Notes: generated from the letters alone by a model not told the origin. A DNA stretch of 64,000 nucleotides from Felis catus (GCF_018350175.1 NC_058368.1:148802001-148866000), one strand, 5' to 3'. Counted from the first letter of the stretch, positions 24,600-37,650 are shown. A program made the numbers and translations.

Positions 24600-25846
24600 G
24601 TAGGACTGAAATGGCTTCGTTTTCCCCTAGAGGTCAGTCCATGTAGCTCTTTATAGTCCATAAATTAAGCTGTGTGTGAGGTTTGTGTCCTTTAAGGACT
24701 AAGTTGACCCAGTTGGGTGGGGCTCAGCTCCGCTCCCCACTGATGGCGCCGCAGCTAGCCTACTGGGTGAATTGTTGTGGTGCTTGTCGGTGCGCATGTG
24801 CATGCGCGAGAGTGGTGAAAATGGCACCACCCAGCTACCCTCTCTGTTCTCCCGGATCAGCAATCGCACACCGGTCCTCTGTCATCAGCTCTCGTCCACT
24901 CCCCGCTTTCCATCTCTGTGACCAGGCCTCAGGAAGTACGTCACTCCAAAGTTTTGTATCAGATGCAGCTGTTTTCCCCAGCCCTTTACTTCTGAAGGAC
25001 TGCGGCTTTGACCCGTTCCGCCCCTCTGCGAAAGGGTCTCACCGAGCAATGGTTGAATGGGCAATGGCAGAATGTCGGCTGCACCCAGGAATGCCCGCTG
25101 GACCCTGCTGTTGCTGGTGCCCCGAGACTGCAGCCAGGTGTCAGCCCACCCCCCAAAAAGATCGAAAAACAGTGTAGCATCAGAATTTCAGGGATTATGG
25201 AAAATTGCAACACACATCTGGCAACAGGCTTCACCCTCAATGACCTTGCCCCAGCACCAACAAATGTGGCTGCCTTCCGGGGTCTGCTGGGACCAGGTGA
25301 CTTCAACAGTCTCTACCGATTGTCCTTCCAGCAGTGGAACCTCTTTTCCCCATGTGGCCCGAGAACCTCCCGGACCTCACTCTGTTCCTTCGGATTCACC
25401 TTTCCCACCAGAGCACTGCCAGGTATGGAGCTGCAGAGTTGCAGCCTTTGCGCTCCCCTTGTTTACAGCCTTAATGGAATTAAACCTCTCCTTTCTCCTT
25501 TCTCCCTTTTTAATTTAGTTCCTGTGGCTGTTTCCAATTTTCCACTTTTTCTCCAGCTGCTTTTGGGGAGGGGTGCTTTTCCCATATGCTCCTTCCCTCC
25601 CCAGTCTCCGTCCTCTCTCCACCCGCAAAAGGGGTTCCCTACCTTTCGTGGCTTCTTGCTCCCCGAGCTCAGCTCTTCGTGTCGTATACCTGCTGGATTC
25701 TGTGGTTCAGGTTGTGCAGATTGTTGTGTTAACCTTCCAATCAGTTTTCTAGGTGTGTAGGATGGTTTAGTGTTGGTCTGGCTGCACTTCATGGATGCGA
25801 GACTCACAAAAAACTCCATGCTGTTCCGCCATCTTGGCTTCTTCCC
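24600..25846 (-). promoter_or_regulatory. L1 internal Pol II promoter region (GC/CpG-rich) with YY1 site
   Basis: CCGCCATCTT at 25826-25835; GC-rich against an AT-rich background. Confidence 0.75.
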
Positions 25847-26659
25847 AAATTTGAGAGAACTTTCATCAATAGTATCACATTGTCTTACCTGCCATTATCT
25901 CACATGGATATTTGTTTCATGCTGCAAAGGTACCTGAAAAATTTTCCAGTCATCAAATATGCTTCACTTTATCTACAACTTCATATCACTATTTATCACA
26001 AGCAGTCACTGCCCCGACTGCTATATACCAATCATATGGTTATTATAACTTTTTAAGATATTGATAAAATTGTAAATAATTCCTGTGTCACCCTTTATTT
26101 GGAAGATAGAAAATTTCAGTATGCTCTGTAAAAAAAAGGTCATAAATTAAAATTTCATATAAGGTATAATTTATTACATATACATATGGCTGTATACAAT
26201 TGACATACATAATTTGCATATAATATATAATAAATACCTACTTTTATATTTTAGGGATATTATATAATAATTGAGTTAACACCACACAAGATTGCATTGT
26301 AAAGTCCATATGAATAAGAGTTCTTCTGCATTTTTAATATTTTCTAATGATTTCAAGCACATAGACAATCAAGTGAAATAGAGAAGTAGAGGCAACAAGC
26401 AAAGCTCCTCAGGTCCTTCCTTCCTGCACAGGGCATGTTTTGAGCTCTAATAGCACAGGAGATAGGTGTGGCATACTGGTGTATCTCACATAGCAGGAAG
26501 AATTACAATTATGAAACATCTCTGTTTTATACTCTACAGTGTTTAGAGGTTACTCAGTGTTCTCCAGGGACTCTGAATCACAAATTCATAGATCCTGGTT
26601 GGTTTTACTATTAAGTATCTTTTTTTTTTTTTTTTAGCCAAAGTAATCAACTTTTTAAA

Positions 26660-27525
26660 GATCCAGTGTGTGGAATACTGAAGACACCAAATACAGGCCC
26701 AAGTTGTGGAGTAACAGAAACTCCCATACATTGCTAGCAGAAATGCAAAATGGTGTAGCCACTGTGGACAACAGTTTAGCAGTTTCTTATAAAACTAAAC
26801 ATACTGTTACAATATGATCTAGCAGTAACTCTCCCTGGTGTTTAGCCAAAGGAGTTCAAAACATGTCCACACAAAAACCTGCCCAAGGATGTTTATAGCT
26901 GTTTTATTCCTAATTACTAAAACTTAGAAGCAACCAAGATATCCTTCAGTAGGTGAATGGATAAATAGACTGCGATACAGCCTGAGAGGGGGATATTATT
27001 TAGTTGTAAAAAGAAATGAGCTGGCAAGCCATGCAAAGACGTGAACAAAACTTAAATGCATACTACAAAGTGAAATAAGCCAATGTGAAAGGCTGCATGC
27101 TATATAATTCCAACTATATGACATTCTAGAAAAGGCAAAACTATGGAGGTAGTTAAAAATAAATGGTTGCCAGGAGTTGGTACAAGGAGATGAAAAGATG
27201 GAGTACAGAACATTTGTAGGGCATTGGGGGAAAAATGCTCTGTATGATATTATAATAATAAATAACTGTCATTTTACATTTGTCCAAACCCACAGGATAT
27301 ATAGCATCAACAGTGAAATTTATGGTAAACTGTGGAGTTTGGTGATTATGACATGCCAGTGTGGGTTCAGACGTGATAAAAAATGTATCACTGTGGTGGG
27401 AGATGTTGATAAATGGTGGTGGGTATGCATGTGTCAGGGGAAGGAGTTTATGGGAAATTTCTGTGCTTCCTTTTGAAATTTTTATGTAAATCTAAAACTC
27501 CTCTAAAAAAAACTTTTAAAATAAG
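26660..27525 (+). mobile_element. L1MC-like 3' end
   Basis: GCAAAATGGTGTAGCCACT, TCCACACAAAAACCTG, CATTTGTCCAAACCCA, ...TAAAACTCCTCTAAAAAA. Confidence 0.85.
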
Positions 27526-27574
27526 AAACTAAAGAATATTAATGATAATAATAAGAATGTGGGGTGGGGGGAAA

Positions 27575-27915
27575 TACCAGTGGTTGCCAGGTATTTGGGT
27601 GGAAGAAGGAATAAATAGGTCGAGTACAGATTATTAAGGCACTGAAACAATTCTGTATACTATAATGGTGAGTGTGTGCCAGGAGGCATTTTTCCAAACC
27701 CAAAGGATGTAAAACAGCAAGACTGAACCCTATCGTAAACTAATGGACTTGGGTTGATAATGATGTGTCAAGGTAGATTCATCACTCATGACAAATATAC
27801 CATTCCAGCGGGGATGTTAACAGGAGAGGCTAGGCATGTGTGGGGCAAGGGGTGTGTGGGAATTATCTGTACCTTTTCCTAAATTTTGTTATGAAACTAA
27901 AACTGCTCCAAAACA
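27575..27915 (+). mobile_element. Second L1MC-like 3' terminus
   Basis: CAGTGGTTGCCAGG...TTTCCAAACCCA...TAAAACTGCTCCAAAA, paralleling 27164-27510. Confidence 0.8.
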
Positions 27916-27920
27916 AGCAA

Positions 27921-28125
27921 TTTTTATTTTAATTTTTTTTAAATGTTTATTTTTGGGAGACAGAGAGACAGAGTGCGGGAGAGGCAGAGAGAGTTGGAGA
28001 CACAGAATCTGAAGCAGTTCCAGGCTCTGAGTCGTCAGCACAGACAGGGCTCGAGGGTTTGAAGCATGGGATCATGACCCGGGCCAAAGTCAGACGCTCA
28101 ACCAACTGAGCCTCCCAGGCACCCC
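27921..28125 (-). mobile_element. Can-SINE without a recognisable TSD
   Basis: Reverse SINE body with small internal rearrangements. Confidence 0.92.
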
Positions 28126-30355
28126 TGACTTGCATCTCTGCCCTTATCAGCCCAACAGTACACTGAGTCCTGATGTCAGTCCAATGTGATGATTTCAAAC
28201 TAAATACTCTCTCAACAAAATCATTTGAGAATGGAATACTTAGGATTTTATTTAGCAGCAGCAGCAGGTTAGGATTGGAGGAATCACTTTCCATCTCTCT
28301 GAAAATGTCTACCTACATAGTATCTACCAGCTTGTTTTGGTAGATCAGCCATTTGTTAATCATGTTCTTTGTGTCCATTAGTAATAAGTTATTCCTGTTT
28401 AAAATGCCGATTATTTTCACACACTACAAAGCATATTGAATATCTTCATAAGCTAAACCTCTGTTTCTCAGTGAAATTTATTTTGAGGCAAAGAGGTAAT
28501 TTGAACTCCTGAAAACGAAGTTGTATTATAAGTAAGTTACAATTTTAATAAAGAAGTTGAGAAAATCTGGTTTAATTTAGCTGCCCTTTTCTAGTATTAT
28601 GTGTGTGTTCTGAAACAGTCTTATTTTCCAAGAAATGAGTCTTTTTTTTTTTTTTTTTTAGTGTCTGAGTTTTGTTGTGACCTACTCTAATATCATACAC
28701 TCAGGTGCAATCAATTCATCTTTTTCTATGCTCGTGATGGCCACTTCAAAGATCATCAAATAGTTTTGAAGAAATAGCATATAAATGTGTGTTTTGTAGA
28801 AATCCTTTTTCTCTACTTTCATTCTCAGTGTGTTTTCAAGTTAGAGAAGAAAATTCTTTGCCCCACACTTTGAAAATGGGATTTCATATCAAGCCATCAT
28901 TGTAACATCTTCTTTATATCCAGCCACAGTGCTAGCAATCTTTCAACCACGATCTAGAAACTTATCTCCTTATTTTTTTATAATGTAAAATAATCTCAAT
29001 AAATGAGTCTGTAAGTTTTGAGGAAACCAAAACTGTCAGTATCAGAGGTACACAAACTACACTCCTATTTTGCAGCTTAGACTGTAAAGTTTGAAGGTAT
29101 ATTTAGTAAGTATGAACTTTTTATTTTCTTTATTAAGAGCTCTATAGTTGAATAAAATTTGCCAAAATTTATAGTTTCACTGTCTATTGAACATGCAGAT
29201 TGTTGGCAATGTCTAGTTTGTATTTGGAGACAACATCAACAGTCTTTTTGTGTTTTCTATAGTTTTATTAAAATCTTCGATGATATGAAATGCATTTTTT
29301 TGGAACCAAAATACATTAGAGCTGGGGCAAGTTTTGTTGCTGCTGTGGTCCAACACATCACCTGATATACTGCAGAAAGTATAATCATTAATAAACTCTG
29401 ACATAATCAGCTTCAAGTTGGAAGGAGCCAACACATCTTTCATCAAGATTTTCCCTTTCTTCTCCTCTAGTTTCAACCACTGAATCAGGAAATGTTACTT
29501 TTGTCATATTTATAGAGCAATCAAGGAAACACCAGGATAATGTGTGGTACATCCAAATTAATCAGCTGGTGTTGTGATTGAGTATGAATGCCTGTTTGGT
29601 AGACAAAAACCTTGGTCTGGTTTAGAAGTAGATGCCTATATCATCCTAGACCTGTGAGATTCAGTATTCGTGTGTAATTAATTCCATATCTGCTTCTATA
29701 CCATGACAAATCTCAAGTTACTTTCTGAATATTGTGCAGTACAATCTGTCTTGGTTATACCTTCCTAACCCAGTAGCATGTGACCATTTATAAAAGTAAC
29801 AGATTTATTTAGCCTTCATTTGTTGTATTTCTGTATCATGCCAACATTGGTTTTTTAACATTTCTCATTTTCATTACCTGAACTCTTATGAAATGTGGTC
29901 ATAATATTAAAAGTGATTGAACTAGTACTATCTTGATAACATAATATTTAATTATAGGCAAAGTCAAAGGACTGTTGTGCACTTAGTCACATTGCTCAGA
30001 GTGATGCCACAATGGATGATCCATTATTGGAAGTTACCAACTGTGGTGATTGTCAACAACAGCTGCTATGGCACAAAACAGCAATCGTGACTGTGAAGGG
30101 TCAGATAGGTCTGTGTCTTAACCATTTGATACTAAAACTACTTTGAGTCTCTCTCTCTCTCTCTCTCTCTCTGATTTTTTTGTTTTGTTTTGTTTTTTGG
30201 CTATTGCATGTGTTTCGTACCTTCCCTTCAAACCTCTGTACCTATCCTCCCAAATTGTAACTTTTAAAATCCTGGTGAGGGATATACGGTGACAGTGGAC
30301 TTGCAGTGCTAAAACCAAAACGGTTTGGTATAAACTAAGACAATTGTTCAGCCTA
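28126..30355 (-). mobile_element. hAT DNA transposon fossil (Blackjack-like) with transposase pseudogene
   Basis: hAT dimerization motif LSIPFSNDFVERVFSL..HWTD (28130-28294). KDVLAP...FCSISGD region around the first catalytic Asp (29213-29476). Terminus TAGGCTGAACAA...GGTTTTAGCACTGCAAGTCC resembles the MER81/Blackjack end. Confidence 0.8.
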
Positions 30356-30937
30356 CCTTTAGCCAACTATATATTGCTAGGGACACTGTAGATAGTAGCT
30401 CTTTCTTAGACCAAGTATGATTAGTATGTTTTCCCAGATATGAAGGCTATTGACATGAAGGCTATACTGGCTTACCCATCTTCTTTTTTATTTCCTTGGG
30501 AGTGCTTCCTAATGCGAGTGAATGGATTACTGTCCAACTGCTATAATTTCTTTCTCCTAACATGTAAATATATGAAGTATATCTGTCTATGTGTTGTGTG
30601 CAAACCCATACATATGTTATATTTGTATGAGTGTCATATATAATTTTACCTTTCACTGGAGAAAAATCCATACAAAAGATGAAAGAATAATATAATGAAC
30701 TAGTAATTATCTACTCATAGACACTCTCGATAAGTTAAGAAAGAAGGCCTCATTTAAAAAATATAACCACTATATCATTATCACAACAAAGAGAAAAAAT
30801 AATACTTTATTAGCCTGAAATATCTCATCAGTGATCATATTTTCTCGTATATATATTTATTTATATATATATTTCTTTTACTATTTGTATAAATACATAT
30901 TAAAACAATGAACACATATTACATTTGGTAATATATT

Positions 30938-31161
30938 TATTTTTTTTAATTTTTGTAATGTTTATTTATTATTGAGAGACAGAGAGACACAGAGTGTGAG
31001 CAGGGGAGGGGTAGAGAGAGGGGGAGACACAGAATCTGAAGTAGGCTCCAGACTCTGAGCTGTCAGCACAGAGCCCGATGCAGGACTCGAACGCACAAAC
31101 TGTGAGATCATGACCTGAGCCAAAGTCAGATGCTTAAACAACTGAGCCACCCAGGCACCCC
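30938..31161 (-). mobile_element. Can-SINE
   Basis: Reverse SINE with T tail and AG tract. Confidence 0.95.
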
Positions 31162-31169
31162 TGTTAATG

Positions 31170-32700
31170 TTTCTTAAGTGATGCTTAAAACCTATGAAAC
31201 TGCTCTACATGTACTCTTACGCTGAACAAATAAGTATATGGGTGTTGGATGGTTACAAGCAGGTTTCCCAGCTTTCTGATTCTCAAAGAGGGAAGTTAAA
31301 GATAAACAAGGAAGGACAGCACTGTGGTACTGAATTACTATCAGAGATATCAGTATGAACTCTAGCTTAACTTATATTTTTATGGATAATACATAAATAA
31401 TTATAAATATGTGTGTATACATGGGTTAATGCATTAATATGAGTGTATATATATACCCTAAGCATGTATCTAAGTATGGTATACATGGGCATGTGTGTGT
31501 TGTATATTTACACATACACACATATATACTAAATACAAAAATAAAAGCTGAAATGGATCGTAGACATAAATTTAAGAGCTAAAATTTTTAAAATTTCTGT
31601 GAAAAAATAGAAAATAGTCACAATCTTTAAATAAACAAAATTTATTTTTTTCTTTTTTGTTTGGTTGTTTCATAGTTCTGAATAGGACACAAAAGCATGA
31701 ACAATAAAAGAAAAAAGTGATAAATAGGATAAAATTGATAAAATGAAAAATTTAATATTTAAGTTCTCAAAACATATGCTTAAAAATGCATGATATAAAC
31801 CAGAATATTCCCATGCATATATAAGTGAAGGACTGCTATATTAAAAACTGTCACAACTCATTAATAAGCCAAAAATATAATAAAAAAATTAAAGATCCAA
31901 TCAAAAAATGTAACTAAGTTATTATAATGTCAAACAAGTGCATGAAATAATACTCAATTTTTTAATGCATTATTTATGCAAGTAGCACTCAATATTCCCT
32001 AAAATAGCTAAATTTAATAATTGATAATACTTCTAAGGATATGGAGCAAGTGGAGATTGTGTGCATTACTGTGGAAATAACAATTTTAAAATAATGAAAC
32101 TACTTTGGGAAACAATTGGACATTTTCTTATAATATTAAACACTTGCCACATGACTCAGCAATTTCCATTCCTGTGTAATACTCAAGAGAAATGAACACA
32201 TATACTTACACAAAAAATTGTACATGAGTGCTTGTGGAAGTTTTATTTATTACAGACTCACACTAGAAACAACTCAAGCATCACCAGGAAGTGAATATAT
32301 AAACAAGTGTGATATATTCACATAATGGAACAGCAGTCAATTTTTTTTTCAAAATCGTATTGATAATACAGCAATGTGGGTGATCTCAAAAACATTACAC
32401 CAAGCAAAAACATTATACTGAGCAAATGAAGTCAGAAGTAGACAAATGTCTGATTATATTTATAGGAAACCATAGAAATGACAAATCTAATCTTTACAGA
32501 CAAGTAAATCAGTGGTATTCTGATATGGGGAAGGGGAGATTGACTGGAAATAGGGATTTTTTTGTAACTGATGAAAATGTTTAATATTCTGATTTTGTGG
32601 TGGTTACACAAGTATGTATTTTCTGAAGACTGATTAAACAAAAACTTACATAGATGTATTTTATTTCATATAAATTACATCTCATTAGGGTTAAATAGTA
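31170..32700 (+). mobile_element. Ancient L1M fragments (L1MC/MD 3'UTR piece, then L1ME-like ORF2 end and 3'UTR)
   Basis: GAGATATCAGTATGAACTC; CTACTTTGGGAAACAATTGG; GATCTCAAAAACATTA; ATGAAAATGTTTAATATTCTGATT. Confidence 0.7.
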
Positions 32701-33020
32701 ACAGTAATAAAAAACCCTCTAGCTTTTTCTTACTCTCCAAAATGGCATACCTTGCCGTCTTTCTTTTTTCCAGATACGCCTCCCCTCTTAAAATCTTGGC
32801 AATTGTTCTTCCTTTCATTGTTCAAAGGAACAGTAGCTTAGCTACATTATGGAGTTTTTCCCCAGAATTCAAAACCATCAGTGAAGGCTTGCCAAAATAG
32901 TTCTGAATATTTAATTCATCTGCCACTATTTGCTATAAAAATAATGTGGGTAAATTTATCACTGCATTTGTAATACTTACATATTGATGTCCCTCTTGAA
33001 TAAATTTCTGCATTTCTCTT

Positions 33021-33242
33021 TATATATGTAAATATAAAGTCTATTTACTTATTTTGAGAGAGAGAAAGAGAGAGAGAGAGAGCAGGAAAGGGGCAGAGAG
33101 AAAGGGAGAGAGAGAATCCCAAGCAGGCTCTGCACTGTCAGCCCAGAACCCAACACAAAGCTCCATCACATGAACTGTGAGATCATAACCTGAGCTGAAA
33201 TCAAAAGTTGCACAGTCAACTGACTGAGCCACTCAGGCACCC
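33021..33242 (-). mobile_element. Can-SINE
   Basis: Reverse SINE; TSD remnant TTCTCTT. Confidence 0.93.
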
Positions 33243-33903
33243 TTCTCTTAAAATATTTTCAAAATTCATACTGAATTTCTGTATTTTTATGTTTTCAAAA
33301 TTAGGAGTTCTATTAGCCCTTGATTTAAAAAAAAACAGCAGAAGTGATATTTCTAGTTGTTTTCAACCCTGCTTCATACAACATTTACAATTCATGAAAA
33401 ATAATAACGACTTTTAGGTAAAAAGCTTAGTAATTTGTCACATTTTCAAGAAATGCTCCAGCATTCTTCTAATTCAAAAGTCCTGAAACTGGCTTGCAGT
33501 TCTTTTTAGACCATTATGTATTGACCTACATAAGTGTAGTTAATGTAAACAACAAATCTCCTTAAGTGTCTTGACTTATAGTCTGTGCAAAGTGCCAAAC
33601 ATTCAATCTGTTTCTGAGAGAAAAGTGTAAGAGTCGCACTGCAGTATAGTATGTAGCTTGTTTTCCTTTTATGATACCAGAATTATATAATTTTTCTTCA
33701 AGTTTTTAATTATTGATGATATGTTAAGCAGAAGTTTTACCCTGCATGAAGTGTTTCCAAATTCATTATTTTCTTTTCATATAGAACCCTTAAAACATAA
33801 TTGGGTTTACAAATATTTACTTAAAATAGAAACTGTAGTTCCACAGCTGGTAAGCAAAATTTGACAAGCGAAGAGATAAGGATCACTTTATTGTTGCAGA
33901 AAG

Positions 33904-34128
33904 TTTTTTTTTTTTTAATTTTTTTTAGCATTTATTTATTTTTTGAGTGGTAGAGAAAGAGCGTGAGTGGGGAAGGGGCAGAGAGAGAGGGAGACACAGA
34001 ATCCGAAGCAGGCTCCAGACTCTGAGCTGTCAGCACAGAGCCTGACGCGGGGCTCAAATTCACAGACCGCGAGATCATGACCTGAGCCGAAGTCAGATGC
34101 TTAACCAATTGAGCCACCCAGGTGCCCC
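33904..34128 (-). mobile_element. Can-SINE
   Basis: Perfect TSD TATTGTTGCAGAAA (33889-33902 and 34129-34142). Confidence 0.97.
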
Positions 34129-34624
34129 TATTGTTGCAGAAATTTTTTAGAGTAGTGGTTTTCAATCTTGTTATGCTTCAAGCCCACTTTTAAATGCTAA
34201 AATTAGACACTGTATTTAAAGGGATCACGTAACTCTAGACAACAAAGCAACACTAGACAAGTGAACAATAACTACAGTACAGTTGCTGCTGGAGTATAAT
34301 TCAGTCTCACAGTGTCTATAAATAGTGTAGTCATTGTTGTATTCAGAATGTATTGTTTGTCTGTGGAGTCACTTTCAAGGCAAGTCACATAACCTATCTG
34401 GGACATAATTATCCTTATTTATAAAGTACTAAATGATCTCTTCAAATCACCTTTGTGAATAAATTATTCTCAAAAAACTAATTTGATGTCTCTTTTCCTT
34501 CAGTGTACATCTGGCATTTCCTTTCTATAAAACCGTACATACATGATTTTCATAAAACTGAAGTGTTAAAACAGGAAGGCACCCTCCTGTGTTTTCAAAT
34601 TGTTAGCAGAAGGCAGATACACAC

Positions 34625-35067
34625 TGTTATGGGTTGAGTTTTGTCTCCATAAATAATATGTTGAGGTCCTAACCTCTGGTATTGTGAATGTGACCTTATC
34701 TAGAAGTGTGGTTTATACAGATTTAATCGGAGGTCGTTAGGGTGGGCCCTACTCCTGTATGACTCATGTCCTTATAAGAAGAGAAGATTGGAAAACAGAG
34801 CCAGGCATGCAGAGGAAAGACTAAGGCAGAGGTTGGAGAGATGCATCTCTAAACCAAGGGAAAAAATTAAGAATTTCCAAGAGAGCCAGAAGTTAGGAAG
34901 AGCCAAGCAAGGATTGCTCCCCTAGAGCCATGAGAGACAGCAAGGCCCTGACCACACTTTAATTTTAGTCTTCTAGACTACAGAACTGTGAGGTAATGAT
35001 TTTCTGTTTTAAATGATCTGGTTTGTGGTACTTTGTTACAACAGCTCTGCCCTAGGATATGAATAGA
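34625..35067 (+). mobile_element. MaLR solo LTR (MLT1B/C-like)
   Basis: TGTTATGGGTTGAG...GAATGTGACCTTAT...GGGTGGGCCCTA...CAGAACTGTGAG...TTTGTGGTACTTTGTTAC. Confidence 0.88.
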
Positions 35068-35110
35068 CTCATCAGTTGTTATTAGTCTCAATTTGTACGT
35101 CAAAAAAATT

Positions 35111-37650
35111 CTAGACATTCTGACAGGTGTAAGGTGATATTATAGTTTTGATTTGCATTTTACCCTGATAATTAGTGATGTTGAGCACCTTTTCATGTAC
35201 CTGTTGGCCACTTGAAAACCTTCCTTGCATAATACCTATTCAGGATATTTGCCTGTTTTTAATTGGATTGTTTTTTTCTATTAAGTCGTATGAGTTCCTT
35301 ATATATTTTGGATACTAACCTCTTATCAGACATGTGGTTTGCAAATATTTTCCCCATTCTGTAGGTTACCTTTTCATTTTTTAATAAAGATTTTTTTTAA
35401 GTTTATTTATTTATTTTGACAGAAAGAGGCAGAGATAGAGTGAGATAGAGCATCCCAAGCAGGCTCCACATTGACAGTGCACAGCCCGATGTGGGGCTTG
35501 ATCTTAGGAAGTGAGATCATGATCTGAGCCCAAACCAAGAGTCACATGCTTAACTGACTGAGCAACCCAGGTGCCCCAGTTACTTTTTCATTTTATTAAT
35601 CATTTATTTTGCTTTGCAGACACTTTTTAGTTTGATGTAGTCCCACTTTTATATTTTTGCTTTTGTTGCTTGTGCTTTAGGTATTAGATCCAAAAAATCA
35701 TTACCGTGACCCATGTCAAGAAGTTTTCCCTTATATTTTGTTTTGTTTTGTTTTTCTTTGTTTTCTTTTGTGTTGTGTTGTTTTCATAAGCTTTATGGTT
35801 TCAAGTGTTACATTTAAGTCTTTAATCCATTTTGAGTTAATTTTTAAGAGGAGTGTAAGATAAGAATCTAGTTACATTCTTTTGCATGTGAATATCCACT
35901 TTCCCAGCACAATTTATAAGAGACTATATGTTATCCATTGGGTATCTTGGCACTCTTGTGCAATATTAGTTGACAATATATGCATGGGTTTATTTTGGGC
36001 ATTCAATTCTGTTCCACTGGTATATGTGTCTCTTTTTATGCCAGTGCCATACTGTATTGAACCATAGCTTTGTAATATAGTTTGAAATCAGGAAATGTGA
36101 TTCCTCCAGCTTTATTCTTCTTTCTCAGGATTGATTTGGTGACTAGGGGTCCTTTGTGGTTCCATACAAATTTTATAATTATTTTTCTCTTTCTGTAAAA
36201 AATCCATTAGAATCTTGATAGACATTGCATTGAATCTGTGAATGATTGTGAATAGTATGAACATTTTAACAATATTAATTCCCTCAATCTATGAACATGG
36301 AATATCTCCATTTTGTGTGTCCATTTTAATTTCTTCCATCAAAGTCTTAGTTTTCAGTGTAGAAATCTTTCACCTCTCTGGTTAAATTTCATCTTAAGTA
36401 TTTTATTGCTTTTAATGCTATTGTAAATAGGATTGTTTTCTTTATTTCTTTTTTAGGTAATTTACTGCTGATTTTGTACTCAGCAACCTATTGAATTCAT
36501 TGATTAGATCTATCATTTTTTAGTGGAGTGTTTAGGATTTTCTGTATGTCAAAACATGGATTCTGCAATTAGAGACAATTTTAGTTCTTTCTTTACAATT
36601 CTCATGACTTTTATTTACTTTTCCTTATCTGATTGCTCAGTGGGATGGGCTATACAGTTGCCTGCATTCTCGTGTCAGACTTTCTAGTTAGATGGGACTG
36701 GGAACTACACTCAGCAGTAGTCAAGGCTATGAATTAGCTTCACTGCCTAGACAGGGTGGCAGAACAGGTTTCATGGCCAGTATGGCTCATTGTTTGGAGA
36801 CCCCCAATCAGGCAGACTTGCATACCAGGTTCCCTGGCCAGATGAGGTCACTGGCTTTTTTTCTGCAGATAGGCAGAGCCATTGGCTGGGCTTTCTCTTC
36901 ATGTGTCACTACAAGCAGGGCTGAAGATGGGCTACCCAGCCTCCTGAGTGCCTTGATTAAGATTCCTGGTTTACACCACTTAGGTTTACATTCATCCACA
37001 GGCAGGACTATGAATCAGTTTCCCTGACTGGATGGGGTAATTAAATAGGCTCCAAGAACTGGCAAGGCTCACCATTTGGGATCCCAAATCAGACCAAACT
37101 GCACACCAAGTTCTATGGTCAGAGGAGGCTACCATCTTTGCTCTGCAGATGAACAAAACCTCTAGTTGGGATTTTTACTTGGGTACTGGTTCTAATAGGA
37201 ACTTAGTCTTCCAAGATCTTAGTGTTGGTTGTTAAAAGGTCCACTCCACTTCTCCATCATGATATAATCATTGGTACAAGACTTGCAGATTTCCCATGAG
37301 GCCAGACCTAAGCAGCCTCCTGGACAATGACCCAAAATGTTGAGGGAGCTGGATGTCTACCTTGGCCTCTCTTTTTCCCACTGGAGAAACTGTATGCCAA
37401 AGGGGGTCCTCTTGGTGTGGTACTGTGTCAGCCAACAGGAAGAGTGATGTGATCAGAGTGTAGTCACTCCTCTTACTCTTCCAATGCAGTCGTTCTTATT
37501 CTCTGCTCTAGGAAGGTGCTTCAACATCACTCCTGTGTTCTAGGATCTTCAAAATTGATGCCTTGTCTGTGGATAGGTGCTAGTTGGTCTTCTCCTGAGG
37601 GCGACTGAAGTCAGTAATTACCTATGTCACCATCTTGATTACATCATTCC
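35111..37650 (-). mobile_element. Older L1 (L1MA/L1_Carn-like): ~1-kb 5'UTR fused directly to mid-ORF2, 3' end missing
   Basis: Minus-strand start GGAATGATGTAATCAAGATGGTGAC; ORF2 homology 36637 down to 35111; interrupted by a SINE. Confidence 0.8.
35381..35577 (-). mobile_element. Can-SINE nested in L1
   Basis: TSD GTTAC(C/T)TTTTCATTTT. Confidence 0.93.

Larger units (their letters stand above)
18598..25846 (-). mobile_element. Full-length felid LINE-1 (7249 bp), inactive
   Basis: Perfect 16-bp TSD AAATTTGAGAGAACTT (18582-18597 and 25847-25862); 5' start GGGAAGAAGCCAAGATGGCGG; ORF1, ORF2, 3'UTR and A-rich tail all present. Confidence 0.98.

Noticed and set aside
25890..25934. Minus-strand AG...GTAAGA 45-nt mini-exon next to the L1 5' end
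   Set aside because: Stops in all three frames and a short pyrimidine tract.
26252..26300. Possible missing second terminus of the hAT element (TAGGGATATTATATAAT)
   Set aside because: Similarity is weak and there is no matching 8-bp TSD.
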